From assembly GCA_028875575.1 (NCBI GenBank), contig JAPPDF010000052.1, positions 2,554-66,553 of the forward strand: a DNA stretch of 64,000 nucleotides. Reading direction: 5' to 3'. A program made the position numbers and the translations under genes. Source of the stretch: Acidobacteriota bacterium (GTDB lineage Bacteria > Acidobacteriota > Terriglobia > Versatilivoradales > Versatilivoraceae). This document shows, in pieces, positions 48,877 through 58,719 of this stretch (the first letter of the stretch is position 1; every line of letters starts with the position of its first letter). A model generated the notes under the pieces. It was not told the origin of the DNA. It was given only the letters and a program-made list of their open reading frames with translations, and did no database searches.

Positions 48877-50778
48877 ATGAAGCGTCCCTCGAGATATCTG
48901 CGCCTCATTCCGTGGCTGCGATGGGGCTTGCCGGTGTTGCTGCTCAGCCTGCCGGCAGTCACCGTGAAAATCCTTCCTCAGGAATGGCCCCACTACGGGG
49001 GGGATCTGGCCGCACGGAAATATTCGGCTCTGGACCAGATCAACCGGGACAACGTCGCGAAACTGAAGGTCGCGTGGACCTACCATACCGGTGATGTCAG
49101 CGATGGATCGAAGTATCCGGTGCGGTCTGCTTTCGAATGCACACCCCTGGAGGTGGACGGAGTCCTTTACCTGACCACCCCCTTTGGCCGCGCGGTCGCC
49201 CTGGACTCGGCGACCGGTAAGGAGCTCTGGGCCTTCGACCCCAATCTCGACAAGCATCGGCCCTACAACCTGTTCATCAATCGCGGCCCGGCCTATTGGC
49301 GCCGGGGCAAGCAGAAACGGCTCTATTGGGGAACACTGGACGGGCGGCTGTTCGGCTTGAATGCCCGCACCGGACGGCCGGTTGCGAGTTTCGGCAGCGG
49401 CGGTGTCCTGAACCTTAGAGCTGGCATGGCCGACCGCTTTCCCAAGCGTATCTACGGGGTGAGTTCACCTCCATTGATTTTTGAGAACCTGGTAATTGTG
49501 GGCTCGGTGGTGTCGGACGGCCTGCCCGAGGGACCCGATGGAGATGTCCGCGCCTTCGATGCCGATACGGGGCGACTGGTCTGGCGGTTCAACACGGTAC
49601 CCGGTCCCGGAGAGTTGGGGAACGACACCTGGGAAGGAGAATCCTGGAAGGGCCGGGGAGGGACCAACGTCTGGGCTCCCATGAGTTGCGATGCCGAACG
49701 AGGCATCCTCTATCTCCCGGTGAGCTCTCCTTCCCCGGACCGATACGGAGGCGGGCGCAAGGGGAAGAACTGGTTCGGGGATTGCCTGGTCGCCCTGGAC
49801 ATTCGCACCGGGCGGCGTCTGTGGCACTACCAGATCACTCATCATGATCTTTGGGACTGGGACCTGCCGGCGCAACCCAATCTGGTTGACGTGCGCCGCC
49901 AGGGAACCATCGTGCCTGCGGTGGCCCAAATCACCAAGATGGGTTACGTCTTCCTGTTCGATCGGGTGACGGGAAAACCCCTGTTCCCGATTGAGGAGCG
50001 GCCCGTTCCCCCCAGTCCGGTTCCCGGAGAGGAAGCCTGGCCGACCCAGCCGGTGCCGCTCAAGCCTCCGGCCATTGCCCGTCAAGGAATGACAGCCGAC
50101 GAGATCAATCGGCTGGACCCCGAAACGGAGGCCGAGTGCCGGACAATTCTAAAGAATGCAAACCTGGGCAAGATGTATCAACCGCCAGGCCTGGAGTACA
50201 CGGTGCTGTTCCCGGGCACCAACGGCGGACCCAATTGGGGCGGGGCATCCTACGATCCCACCTTGAACTTGTTGTTCGTCAACTCCATGGACGTGGGCCA
50301 GGTGGTGAAGATGGTGGAAGGGCGGGCAGGGAGTCGACTGCCCTATATGGCCCGGGGAATTCGGCAGGGACGTTTCTGGGATTCCAGGCGGCTGCCCTGT
50401 CAGGTTCCCCCCTGGGGAACCCTGACGGCTATCGACCTGAACCGTGGAAGCCTGCGCTGGCAGGTGCCGCTCGGCCTGGTGGAAGAACTGGCAGCTCGCG
50501 GGATCACCGAAACAGGCTCACCCAACCTGGGCGGCTCCATCGTAACAGCCGGCGGCCTGGTGTTTATTGCGGCCACCAATGACCGCCGCATTCGAGCCTT
50601 CCACTCTGAAACGGGCCGCCAGCTTTGGGTGACCCGGCTGGATTTCAGCGGGCACGCAACCCCCATGACCTTCTGGTCGAAGCGTTTGAAGAAGCAACTG
50701 GTGGTCATCGCCGCCGGTGGCGGCAACAAGTACAACGACAGTTACGGCGATGCCCTGGTAGCCTTCGCCTTGCCTTGA
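48877..50778 (+). CDS. PQQ-dependent dehydrogenase (quinoprotein, 8-bladed beta-propeller) with signal peptide
   Basis: Repeated W-motif propeller blades (…GVLYLTT…, …GKELWAF…, …GRLVWRF…, …GRRLWHY…, …GRQLWVT…). N-terminal signal MKRPSRYLRLIPWLRWGLPVLLLSLPAVT. Confidence 0.85.
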   Translation: MKRPSRYLRLIPWLRWGLPVLLLSLPAVTVKILPQEWPHYGGDLAARKYSALDQINRDNVAKLKVAWTYHTGDVSDGSKYPVRSAFECTPLEVDGVLYLTTPFGRAVALDSATGKELWAFDPNLDKHRPYNLFINRGPAYWRRGKQKRLYWGTLDGRLFGLNARTGRPVASFGSGGVLNLRAGMADRFPKRIYGVSSPPLIFENLVIVGSVVSDGLPEGPDGDVRAFDADTGRLVWRFNTVPGPGELGNDTWEGESWKGRGGTNVWAPMSCDAERGILYLPVSSPSPDRYGGGRKGKNWFGDCLVALDIRTGRRLWHYQITHHDLWDWDLPAQPNLVDVRRQGTIVPAVAQITKMGYVFLFDRVTGKPLFPIEERPVPPSPVPGEEAWPTQPVPLKPPAIARQGMTADEINRLDPETEAECRTILKNANLGKMYQPPGLEYTVLFPGTNGGPNWGGASYDPTLNLLFVNSMDVGQVVKMVEGRAGSRLPYMARGIRQGRFWDSRRLPCQVPPWGTLTAIDLNRGSLRWQVPLGLVEELAARGITETGSPNLGGSIVTAGGLVFIAATNDRRIRAFHSETGRQLWVTRLDFSGHATPMTFWSKRLKKQLVVIAAGGGNKYNDSYGDALVAFALP

Positions 50779-50802
50779 ACTATCGTCGGACCGGTCGCCC
50801 CC

Positions 50803-51363
50803 ATGCCCAAAATCCCGGAGGGTCTGCTACATTGGGGTGCCAGAACGTCGATTCAGACGATCTGCCTGGCCTTGCTGGCGGCGATCCCCTGGATCTCCGG
50901 TGCTTACCAAGTTTCGTCGCAGAGTCGGAACGATACGCAGCCGCTCTCGCAACCGCTCCCCTTCAGCCATCGCAGCCATAGTCAACTGGGGTTGAATTGC
51001 TCCACCTGCCATAGCATGGAGGGTAGAGGCGGCAGCGCAGGCTTTCCTCCCGTAGCTCTTTGCCTGTCCTGTCACCGTGGAGGCAAGGGAGAAATCACGC
51101 CTGTTGGAGTCTCGTTGGAGGGCTACGAGCAAAGGGGCGAAACCATTCCCTGGGTCCGGGTCTACAAGATCCCCGATTTCGTGTTCTTCAGCCACAAGGA
51201 GCACCTGGACTCAGGAGCCACCTGCACGACCTGCCACGGTGCGGTGGAGCTGCGGGACAGGCTCAAGCAAGAGGTCCCGACTTCAATGGAGCATTGCATG
51301 GATTGCCACAAGTCTCGGGGAGCCTCCCTGGAATGCCATTTCTGCCACGAGTTGAACCAGTGA
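50803..51363 (+). CDS. Pentaheme c-type cytochrome
   Basis: Five CxxCH motifs (CSTCH, CLSCH, CTTCH, CMDCH, CHFCH) in 186 aa, with N-terminal signal/anchor. Immediately downstream of the PQQ dehydrogenase. Confidence 0.8.
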   Translation: MPKIPEGLLHWGARTSIQTICLALLAAIPWISGAYQVSSQSRNDTQPLSQPLPFSHRSHSQLGLNCSTCHSMEGRGGSAGFPPVALCLSCHRGGKGEITPVGVSLEGYEQRGETIPWVRVYKIPDFVFFSHKEHLDSGATCTTCHGAVELRDRLKQEVPTSMEHCMDCHKSRGASLECHFCHELNQ

Positions 51364-51438
51364 CGACCGCGGTAGATAACCCGCGAGTGACCGGTGATCC
51401 ATAATCTGTATTGATAGTTGGCATAAACAAAACTGATT

Positions 51439-51466
51439 TTGACCATCGGAGCGGTAACTCTACAAT
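51439..51466 (+). promoter_or_regulatory. Sigma70-like promoter TTGACC-N16-TACAAT
   Basis: Near-consensus -35 and -10 hexamers in an AT-richer island between the cytochrome and porin genes. Confidence 0.35.
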
Positions 51467-51472
51467 GAGCTC

Positions 51473-51610
51473 ACTTCTTCGATACAGAGCCGTATCGAGG
51501 GGGATAGATCGCCCACCGCCGACGGGAGTGGCCCGGTGGTGGTGATTTGGACAGAGACGTCCATTGGATCCGAGCGGGGACTCGTGCCGATGGACGTCTT
51601 TTTTTATTTG
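51473..51610 (+). ncRNA. Candidate small RNA or terminated leader (about 140 nt) between promoter 51439-51466 and the intrinsic terminator
   Basis: Promoter followed about 80 nt later by a GC-rich hairpin (AGACGTCCATTGG…CCGATGGACGTCT) and a T9 run. No plausible ORF inside. Confidence 0.35.
51555..51610 (+). terminator. Rho-independent terminator (13-bp stem, T-rich tail)
   Basis: Inverted repeat AGACGTCCATTGG / CCGATGGACGTCT followed by TTTTTTTTATTT. Confidence 0.6.
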
Positions 51611-51668
51611 GGGCCTCTATAGGGTTCCGCAAGAAGGGACTAATGGGACCGGAAAGGAATGGAAAGCA

Positions 51669-52955
51669 ATGAAAACGAATTGGGCCAGGTTGCTTATGGC
51701 TGGACTGCTGGCCTCGGGTTTGTCGAGTGGGGCGACCCTTGCGCAGGACAGCAGTCAGGAGGAGTTGCTGGAACGAATCAAGAAACTGGAGGAGCGGATC
51801 GCTGAACTGGAAGGGACGAGCAAAGCCACTTCCAAGGAAGCCGAACCGGCCGCCGACGCCGCACCCGGCGAGGCGGCTGCTCCTGAGGCGGAAGCCAGTG
51901 ACACGGCGCCCATACTGGATTTTTTCAAGGCGACCAAAGTCAGTGGATATGTCGATGCCTATTACGGCTACAACTCAAACGATCCCGATAGCGGTATTGT
52001 CGACCTTCGTGGCCTGGATACCAGGCACAACAGCTTTCAGTTCGATCTGGCAAAAATAGTATTCGACCGGCCTGCCGGCGAGACCAACAGCCTGGGCTAC
52101 CGCATCGACCTGGTCTACGGTCCGGCGGCCGACACCTACCACTCATTTGAACCCGTTGGCGGCCAGCAGGAAATCATCAAAAACATTCAACAGGCCTACG
52201 TGAGCTACATCGCCCCAGTCGGTGACGGCCTGACCGTCGATGTCGGAAAGTTCGGAACCTTTGTGGGTGCGGAAGTGCTCGACACCATCGACAACTTTCA
52301 ATACCAGCAATCGATTCTCTTCGGCTTCGCCCAGCCCTATTACCACACCGGAGTCCGCACCAGCTATTCGGTTTCAGACACGGTGGACGTGGGCTTCTAT
52401 CTTGTGAACGGTTGGAACAATTCCACCGACAACAATACCGGGAAGAGCGTCGGCTGGTCGATCGCCGTTTCGCCGAACGACAATTTCAGCATCAGTCAGG
52501 GGTATCTGGGAGGCCCGGAGCTGGACGGCATCAACAGTCCCTGGCGGCACCTCTTCGACACTGTGATCAGCGCCAGCGTCAACGACCAGGTGGAGGTGCT
52601 GATCAACTATGACTATGGATACGATGCCGCGGACCTGCCCCATTTCGAGCGAACGGCCTGGCAGGGCATTGCCGGCGCCGTGCGTTTCAGCACGACCGAC
52701 AAGAAGTGGGCTTTTTCACCACGCTTTGAATACTTCGCGGACAAAGATGCCTTTGCTACCGGGATCTCCCAGGACCTGAAGGAAATCACCCTGACGGCCG
52801 ACTATCGGGCGCGCCCGAACTTCAGCACCAAGTTCGAATACCGCTACGACTGGTCTGACCAGCCCTTCTTCGTCTCGGGAGCCGACGACCTGGTCACGAG
52901 CCAGAGCGTTTTCCTGATTGGGTTCGTGTACAGCTTTGGTTTCGGCGACGAGTGA
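51669..52955 (+). CDS. Outer-membrane porin-like beta-barrel protein with N-terminal coiled-coil segment
   Basis: Signal peptide (MKTNWARLLMAGLLASGLSSGATLA|QD), coiled-coil (EELLERIKKLEERIAELE), beta-rich body, C-terminal FVYSFGF(GDE). Confidence 0.6.
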   Translation: MKTNWARLLMAGLLASGLSSGATLAQDSSQEELLERIKKLEERIAELEGTSKATSKEAEPAADAAPGEAAAPEAEASDTAPILDFFKATKVSGYVDAYYGYNSNDPDSGIVDLRGLDTRHNSFQFDLAKIVFDRPAGETNSLGYRIDLVYGPAADTYHSFEPVGGQQEIIKNIQQAYVSYIAPVGDGLTVDVGKFGTFVGAEVLDTIDNFQYQQSILFGFAQPYYHTGVRTSYSVSDTVDVGFYLVNGWNNSTDNNTGKSVGWSIAVSPNDNFSISQGYLGGPELDGINSPWRHLFDTVISASVNDQVEVLINYDYGYDAADLPHFERTAWQGIAGAVRFSTTDKKWAFSPRFEYFADKDAFATGISQDLKEITLTADYRARPNFSTKFEYRYDWSDQPFFVSGADDLVTSQSVFLIGFVYSFGFGDE

Positions 52956-52967
52956 TGGCGCTTGGCG

Positions 52968-54116
52968 TCAACCTTCCTTCGTTTCCGCAATGTCGGTGAC
53001 TTCCATCTTTCCATGGGTGGCCAGGTAGATGGCCAGTCCAATGGTTACGACCAGGATCCCCAGAGCTGCCAGCAGCAGATGGCGGTTCATGGTATCGACG
53101 GCGATATGGGTTTCGCTCATGTCCTGTTCGACAATGGAGATCCAACGGAGTTGGGGGTATTTCGACGACAGGGCCAACTTCCTGAACGCCACCATCTTTC
53201 TGCCGCCGCCCAGGGCCGTGGCTTCAATGAAGTCCGGCTGACCCGGCTGCCGCAGTGCGTTGAGAATTTCATCGAAATAGGGCACCTCCATCAGTTGAGC
53301 GGCCACCAGGTGGCCGGAATCCTCACTCTCCGTGGAGGTGGGATCACCAGTCTGAGCAGGGGGGAAGTCCACCACCTCGCTGCCGATGATGGTGCCGTCT
53401 TCCCGAGCCAACGACATGTTTCCAGTGGCTCCGATGGGAGTTCCCGTAACCAGAAGAAAAAGGTCGCTGATGTCAACGGCCACCCCGATGACCCCGATGA
53501 CTTCCTCCGGCGATTTGTTCGCCACGGGGACGACGATGTGAAGCACGTTGATCTGGGTCAGGGGGTCGAAACGGACATCCTCAATGACCACCTGGCCGGT
53601 GACGCCATCCCTGAAGCTCTGGCGCCACCAGGGTTCGTCCCCCTGCTCGAAGTCGATGGGCTTGACGTTGGCCGCCACCGTCCCGCCGAATCGATCGGTA
53701 ACGGTGATGCGCCGAAAGGCCGGATTGATGGCCACGAAGCCTCTCAAGTATCGGGAGGCAGGGTTGGAGAGAATCCGTTGAACCGTGGCTTCCCCCCGAG
53801 GTTGCAGCCAAGCTTGCTCGATGGCCGTGATTTTTCGGCGCACCGCGTCGGGGGATCTCGGATAGGAGGCGTTTCCGGCCACAATAGCAGCTTGAACCGC
53901 GGCGTTCACGGCCAAGGTTTCCACTTCTCTGACCAGGTTGTTGACGGCATAGCTCATGGTGGCTGCGTTGTTTCCGGAAATAGCCCTGAAGTTGGCCGCT
54001 ACTTCCTCTTCGATAGCGGTCTTGGCCTGGTCGACTGTGAAGAAAATAACGATCCAGGTCGGGAGGTTGGCCAATATCAGCACGATCACGGCTGTGCGCA
54101 AATCGATGCGTCTCAT
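52968..54116 (-). CDS. Membrane-anchored periplasmic sensor-like (Cache/PDC-like) protein with two TM helices and no cytoplasmic output domain
   Basis: TM1 (AVIVLILANLPTWIVIFF), about 300-aa periplasmic region, TM2 (LLLAALGILVVTIGLAIYL), then only 15 residues. ATG 54116 with AAGGAGG 6 nt upstream. Confidence 0.5.
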   Translation of the reverse strand: MRRIDLRTAVIVLILANLPTWIVIFFTVDQAKTAIEEEVAANFRAISGNNAATMSYAVNNLVREVETLAVNAAVQAAIVAGNASYPRSPDAVRRKITAIEQAWLQPRGEATVQRILSNPASRYLRGFVAINPAFRRITVTDRFGGTVAANVKPIDFEQGDEPWWRQSFRDGVTGQVVIEDVRFDPLTQINVLHIVVPVANKSPEEVIGVIGVAVDISDLFLLVTGTPIGATGNMSLAREDGTIIGSEVVDFPPAQTGDPTSTESEDSGHLVAAQLMEVPYFDEILNALRQPGQPDFIEATALGGGRKMVAFRKLALSSKYPQLRWISIVEQDMSETHIAVDTMNRHLLLAALGILVVTIGLAIYLATHGKMEVTDIAETKEG

Positions 54117-54617
54117 GATGCCTCCTTTGGCAAACGTCTGTAGGGGGTTTGCTGATTCAAGTCTATTGGCTGGGTAGGCAATCGTCAAGCGAGGCCATAG
54201 TCGGTTGCGGATCTCGAAATAATGGCATTCGAGGAATGAGGACGTGTTCTCGACCTCCCTTTCTACAGGCACTCGCCAATCCCTCGAACCGATGTCGCGA
54301 GTGGAAACCGGGACGCATTCTCTTGGAAACCGTAGCCATCAGGATGCACGGCGAGCCTGTTTTTGGGCCGCATAACCCTCTCGGGGAATCATTGGTCATT
54401 GACTTCAAAAAAGGACTTATGCTAAAAATCCTGCGGCTTACCTACAGGGTCCGGCGAATGCGTGTTCCTTGAGGTTCTCGAGCGTTGCGCAATCGACGGT
54501 AGCCATTCCCAGCCTGACACTTCCAGAACCGGCCAACGGCTGTTCCGTGTCCTTCTCCATGGTTCCATCTGAGGTCTTTTCGATTCTGGCCTCCTGCAAC
54601 ATCACCAAGGTCATTTC

Positions 54618-56675
54618 ATGAATTTTCTGGAGATGCTCGCGCTGATTCCGTTGTTTCCCGCGGCCGGAGCGCTTGTTAACGGCCTTTTGGGTCGACGGTG
54701 CTCCAAAGCGTGCATCGGCACGGTAGCCTGCGGGACGGTGGGTATTTCTTTCCTGCTGTCCCTGGGCGCTTTTTACCAACTTCTGGGCAGACCGGAAGGG
54801 CAGCGCCTGGTGGAGCAGGAGCTGTTTACCTGGATTTCTGCCGGAGCTGGAGAACTGAGCTCAGGGGCCATCTCCCAGTTTCTGGTGCAGTGGGGCTATC
54901 AACTGGATCCGTTGTCGGCGGTGATGATCCTGGTCGTCACCGGCGTAGGGTTCCTGATCCACATCTATTCCATCGGATACATGGCCCACGAAGAAGGCTA
55001 TGGCCGCTTCTTCACCTACATGAACCTCTTCATGTTTTCGATGTTGACGCTGGTTCTGGCCAATAACTTCGTGCTCATGTTCGTGGGTTGGGAGGGAGTC
55101 GGTCTCTGTTCCTACTTGCTGATCGGCTTCTACTTCGAGAGGAAGAGCGCCGCCGACGCCGGCAAGAAGGCCTTTATCGTCAATCGGATCGGGGACTTCG
55201 GCTTCATGCTGGGAATATTCCTGATCTTCACTGCCTTCGGAACACTGGACTTCACCGGCGTATTCGGACTGGTCGAAACCCAGGCTCAGGCGGGAATGCT
55301 CGTCAGCGGCGACGCCACCATCACCGCGATCTGCATCCTGCTGTTCGTGGGCGCCATGGGAAAGTCGGCCCAGGTCCCGCTCTACGTCTGGCTGCCGGAC
55401 GCCATGGAGGGTCCCACTCCCGTCAGCGCCCTGATACACGCCGCAACCATGGTCACCGCCGGCGTCTACATGGTGGCCCGCTGCAGCGCGCTTTTCGTCT
55501 TATCTCCCGACGCCATGCTGCTTGTCGCCGTAGTTGGTGCATTTACGGCCATTTTTGCGGCCTCGATCGGGCTGGTTCAAAACGATATCAAGCGGGTTCT
55601 GGCCTACTCCACCGTGAGTCAACTGGGCTACATGTTTCTGGCCTGCGGTGTCGGGGCCTTCGGCGCAGGTGTGTTCCATCTGATGACCCATGCTTTTTTC
55701 AAGGCTCTGCTGTTTCTGGGCGCCGGAAGCGTGATTCACGCCCTGAGCGGGGACCAGGACATGCGCCGGATGGGCGGACTCAGGACGCGCATCCCGGTCA
55801 CATTCTGGACCATGATGGTTGGAACGGTGGCCATTGCTGGCTTCCCGCCCCTGGCGGGCTTTTTCAGCAAGGACGAAATACTGTGGCGTGCCTTCTCCAG
55901 TTCACAGGGGCACGTGCTGTTGTGGGCAGTTGGAGTGTTGGCAGCGGGCATGACCTCCTTCTACATGTTCCGCATGATGTTCCTGACCTTTTTCGGGAAG
56001 CCCCGGATGTCCCCTGAGGTCGATTCCCACGTTCATGAGTCTCCCAAGGTCATGACAGCTCCGCTCGCGGTGCTGGCAGTCGGCGCGGTCGTCGCGGGCT
56101 GGGTCGGCATTCCCCACCTGATCGGTCAATATGTTTTCCACTTGCCTCAGTACTTCGAGCATTTTCTGGCTCCGGTCGTGGCTCATCCGGCCGCGGTGGA
56201 GGGAGGACACGCCTCCGAAGGCCTGGAGTGGGGACTCATGGCGTTCTCGGTAGCCATCGCACTGATTGGGTTGTGGCTTGCGCGACGCTTCTACCTGACC
56301 CACCCGGCGCTACCGGAACAGATGATGTCCCGCTTCAAGAACATCTACACGACCTTGCTCAACAAGTACTGGGTGGATGAACTCTACGACCTGCTCTTCG
56401 TCAATCGGACCAAGGGCCTGGCCGACCGTTTGGCGAGGTTCGACAACAGGGTGGTCGACGGAGCAGTGAACGGCTCGGCCTGGTTGACGCGGCTGACGGC
56501 TTCGGTTTCCGGTTTCTTAGACTATTGGATTGTCGATCTGGCAGTTCGGCGCTCAGACCTTATCTACTACCTGAGTTTTCCCCTGCGGCGAATCCAGACC
56601 GGCGTCATACAGACCTATGCGGCACTGACCATCGGCGGCATACTTGTGATTGTCGGCTATTTCATGCTGACATGA
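54618..56675 (+). CDS. nuoL: NADH-quinone oxidoreductase subunit L
   Basis: ND5 antiporter-like family with long C-terminal amphipathic helix region. 685 aa. Confidence 0.95.
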   Translation: MNFLEMLALIPLFPAAGALVNGLLGRRCSKACIGTVACGTVGISFLLSLGAFYQLLGRPEGQRLVEQELFTWISAGAGELSSGAISQFLVQWGYQLDPLSAVMILVVTGVGFLIHIYSIGYMAHEEGYGRFFTYMNLFMFSMLTLVLANNFVLMFVGWEGVGLCSYLLIGFYFERKSAADAGKKAFIVNRIGDFGFMLGIFLIFTAFGTLDFTGVFGLVETQAQAGMLVSGDATITAICILLFVGAMGKSAQVPLYVWLPDAMEGPTPVSALIHAATMVTAGVYMVARCSALFVLSPDAMLLVAVVGAFTAIFAASIGLVQNDIKRVLAYSTVSQLGYMFLACGVGAFGAGVFHLMTHAFFKALLFLGAGSVIHALSGDQDMRRMGGLRTRIPVTFWTMMVGTVAIAGFPPLAGFFSKDEILWRAFSSSQGHVLLWAVGVLAAGMTSFYMFRMMFLTFFGKPRMSPEVDSHVHESPKVMTAPLAVLAVGAVVAGWVGIPHLIGQYVFHLPQYFEHFLAPVVAHPAAVEGGHASEGLEWGLMAFSVAIALIGLWLARRFYLTHPALPEQMMSRFKNIYTTLLNKYWVDELYDLLFVNRTKGLADRLARFDNRVVDGAVNGSAWLTRLTASVSGFLDYWIVDLAVRRSDLIYYLSFPLRRIQTGVIQTYAALTIGGILVIVGYFMLT

Positions 56676-56761
56676 ACCCAGGACGGTTCAAGGACATCGA
56701 GGCTGGGTTGACAAGCCCGCACGGCAGAGTCATCGCAGTGATACGATCGGGAGCTTGATAC

Positions 56762-58366
56762 ATGTTTGAAGACCATCTCTTGTCCATTGTCGCCTACACG
56801 CCGCTGCTGGGCGCCCTGCTGCTGCTGTTGGTGAACAGGGAAAAGACCGAGGTCATCCGCTGGTTTGCCAACATTGTGGCCGCCATCGGATTTCTGGTGT
56901 CCATTCCGCTGATCATCGGGTTCGATACGGATGCTGAAGGGCTGCAGTTCGTGGAGCGCGCCTCCTGGATTCCCTCCATCGGCGTGGAGTATCACTTCGG
57001 CATCGACGGCATCAGCCTGTTGTTGATCGTGCTGACCACGGGGTTGGGGTTCCTGTCCATTCTCTCTTCCTGGAATGCGATTCAGGAGCGGGTCAAGGAA
57101 TATTACATCTTCATGTTGATGCTCCAGACCGGCATGCTGGGCGTCTTCATGTCCATGGACCTCTTCCTCTTCTACGTATTCTGGGAGGTCATGCTGGTCC
57201 CCATGTACTTCCTGATCGGCGTATGGGGAGGGGCGAGAAAGCTGTATGCAGCCATCAAGTTCTTCCTCTACACCCTGCTGGGATCGGTGGTGTTGCTGCT
57301 GGGCATCCTGGCCCTCTACTTCTACAACCACGAGGTGACCGGCGTCTACACCTTCAGTATTCCGGCACTGCTGGAGCTGGATTATCCCTGGGAGTATCAG
57401 TTCTGGGTGTTCCTGGCCTTCTTCATCGGGTTCGCCATCAAAGTCCCCATGTTCCCGTTCCACACCTGGCTCCCCGATGCCCACGTGGAGGCTCCCACGG
57501 CCGGTTCGGTGATTCTGGCCGGCGTGCTGCTGAAGATGGGCACCTACGGCTTCATCCGCTTCAGCCTGCCCATGTTTCCGGATGCGGTTCAGGACACCAC
57601 TTCATTGAACTTTGCCTATATGACGTTCGGTTGGTTCGACCAGCAATTCGGGCTGCTACACCTGATGATCTTTCTGTCGATCGTCGGGATCATCTATGGC
57701 GCCCTGGTGGCCATGATGCAGAAGGATGCCAAGAAACTGGTGGCCTATTCCTCTGTCAGCCACCTGGGATTTTGCATGTTGGGTTTGTTTGCGCTGAATC
57801 CCAACGGAATCAACGGCAGCATCCTGCAGCAGATCAACCACGGGATTTCGACCGGGGCTCTCTTCCTGATCGTAGGCATCGTCTATGAACGGAGACACAC
57901 CCGGGAGATTTCCGAATATGGCGGGCTCTCCCGCGTCATGCCGGGCTATGCCGTCATATTCCTGATCATCACCATGGCTTCCATCGGGCTGCCGCTCCTC
58001 AACGGATTCATCGGAGAATTTACCATCCTTGCCGGAGCTTTCCAGCGCCACTGGAGTTGGGGGGCCTGGGGCTGCGCGGGAATCGTTCTGGGTGCGGCCT
58101 ATATGCTCTGGCTCTATCAGCGAATGATGTTCGGGCCGGTGACCAATCCCAAGAACAAGGATTTGAAGGACCTCAGCGTCAGGGAGTACGCCACGCTGTT
58201 GCCGCTGGTCATCATGTGCTTCTGGATCGGGATCTACCCCAAGCCCTTCTTCAAGTACATCGAAAAGCCGGTTGAGAAAATCGTGCAGAGGGTGCAGCCC
58301 GGTTTCTTCGATCGTTCCGAGGCCCTGATGGCCACGCTGCCCATACAGGAGGCAAGGAAGAAGTAA
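56762..58366 (+). CDS. nuoM: NADH-quinone oxidoreductase subunit M
   Basis: ND4 family. 534 aa. Confidence 0.95.
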   Translation: MFEDHLLSIVAYTPLLGALLLLLVNREKTEVIRWFANIVAAIGFLVSIPLIIGFDTDAEGLQFVERASWIPSIGVEYHFGIDGISLLLIVLTTGLGFLSILSSWNAIQERVKEYYIFMLMLQTGMLGVFMSMDLFLFYVFWEVMLVPMYFLIGVWGGARKLYAAIKFFLYTLLGSVVLLLGILALYFYNHEVTGVYTFSIPALLELDYPWEYQFWVFLAFFIGFAIKVPMFPFHTWLPDAHVEAPTAGSVILAGVLLKMGTYGFIRFSLPMFPDAVQDTTSLNFAYMTFGWFDQQFGLLHLMIFLSIVGIIYGALVAMMQKDAKKLVAYSSVSHLGFCMLGLFALNPNGINGSILQQINHGISTGALFLIVGIVYERRHTREISEYGGLSRVMPGYAVIFLIITMASIGLPLLNGFIGEFTILAGAFQRHWSWGAWGCAGIVLGAAYMLWLYQRMMFGPVTNPKNKDLKDLSVREYATLLPLVIMCFWIGIYPKPFFKYIEKPVEKIVQRVQPGFFDRSEALMATLPIQEARKK

Positions 58367-58719
58367 CGATCTGAGAACACGGGGACGCCTTGGCTGGTTT
58401 TGTCCGGTGGGACGTGGAAAGAGTTATCCACAAAGGAAAACGACCAACCACGAATAAACACCAATAAATGGGTTGATGAGTGGGCGATTGAGGAGTTTGG
58501 CAACCGAAATCGAGGGATCACCGGCAAAAGACACGGAGTTTTACCTAGTCGACAAAGTTGCAGAAGCACTCTGGCGCCGCTTGTCGTTGAAGTCGGCCCA
58601 ACTGTGTTCGCGTTTATTCGTGTCTGTCGGTGTTAATTTGTGGTTCGTCTTTATGGACGATTGGGTGTTTCCCCTCGAATGATCCGCACAGCAGGGCGGG
58701 GGCGGGGCTGGACTGCGAC

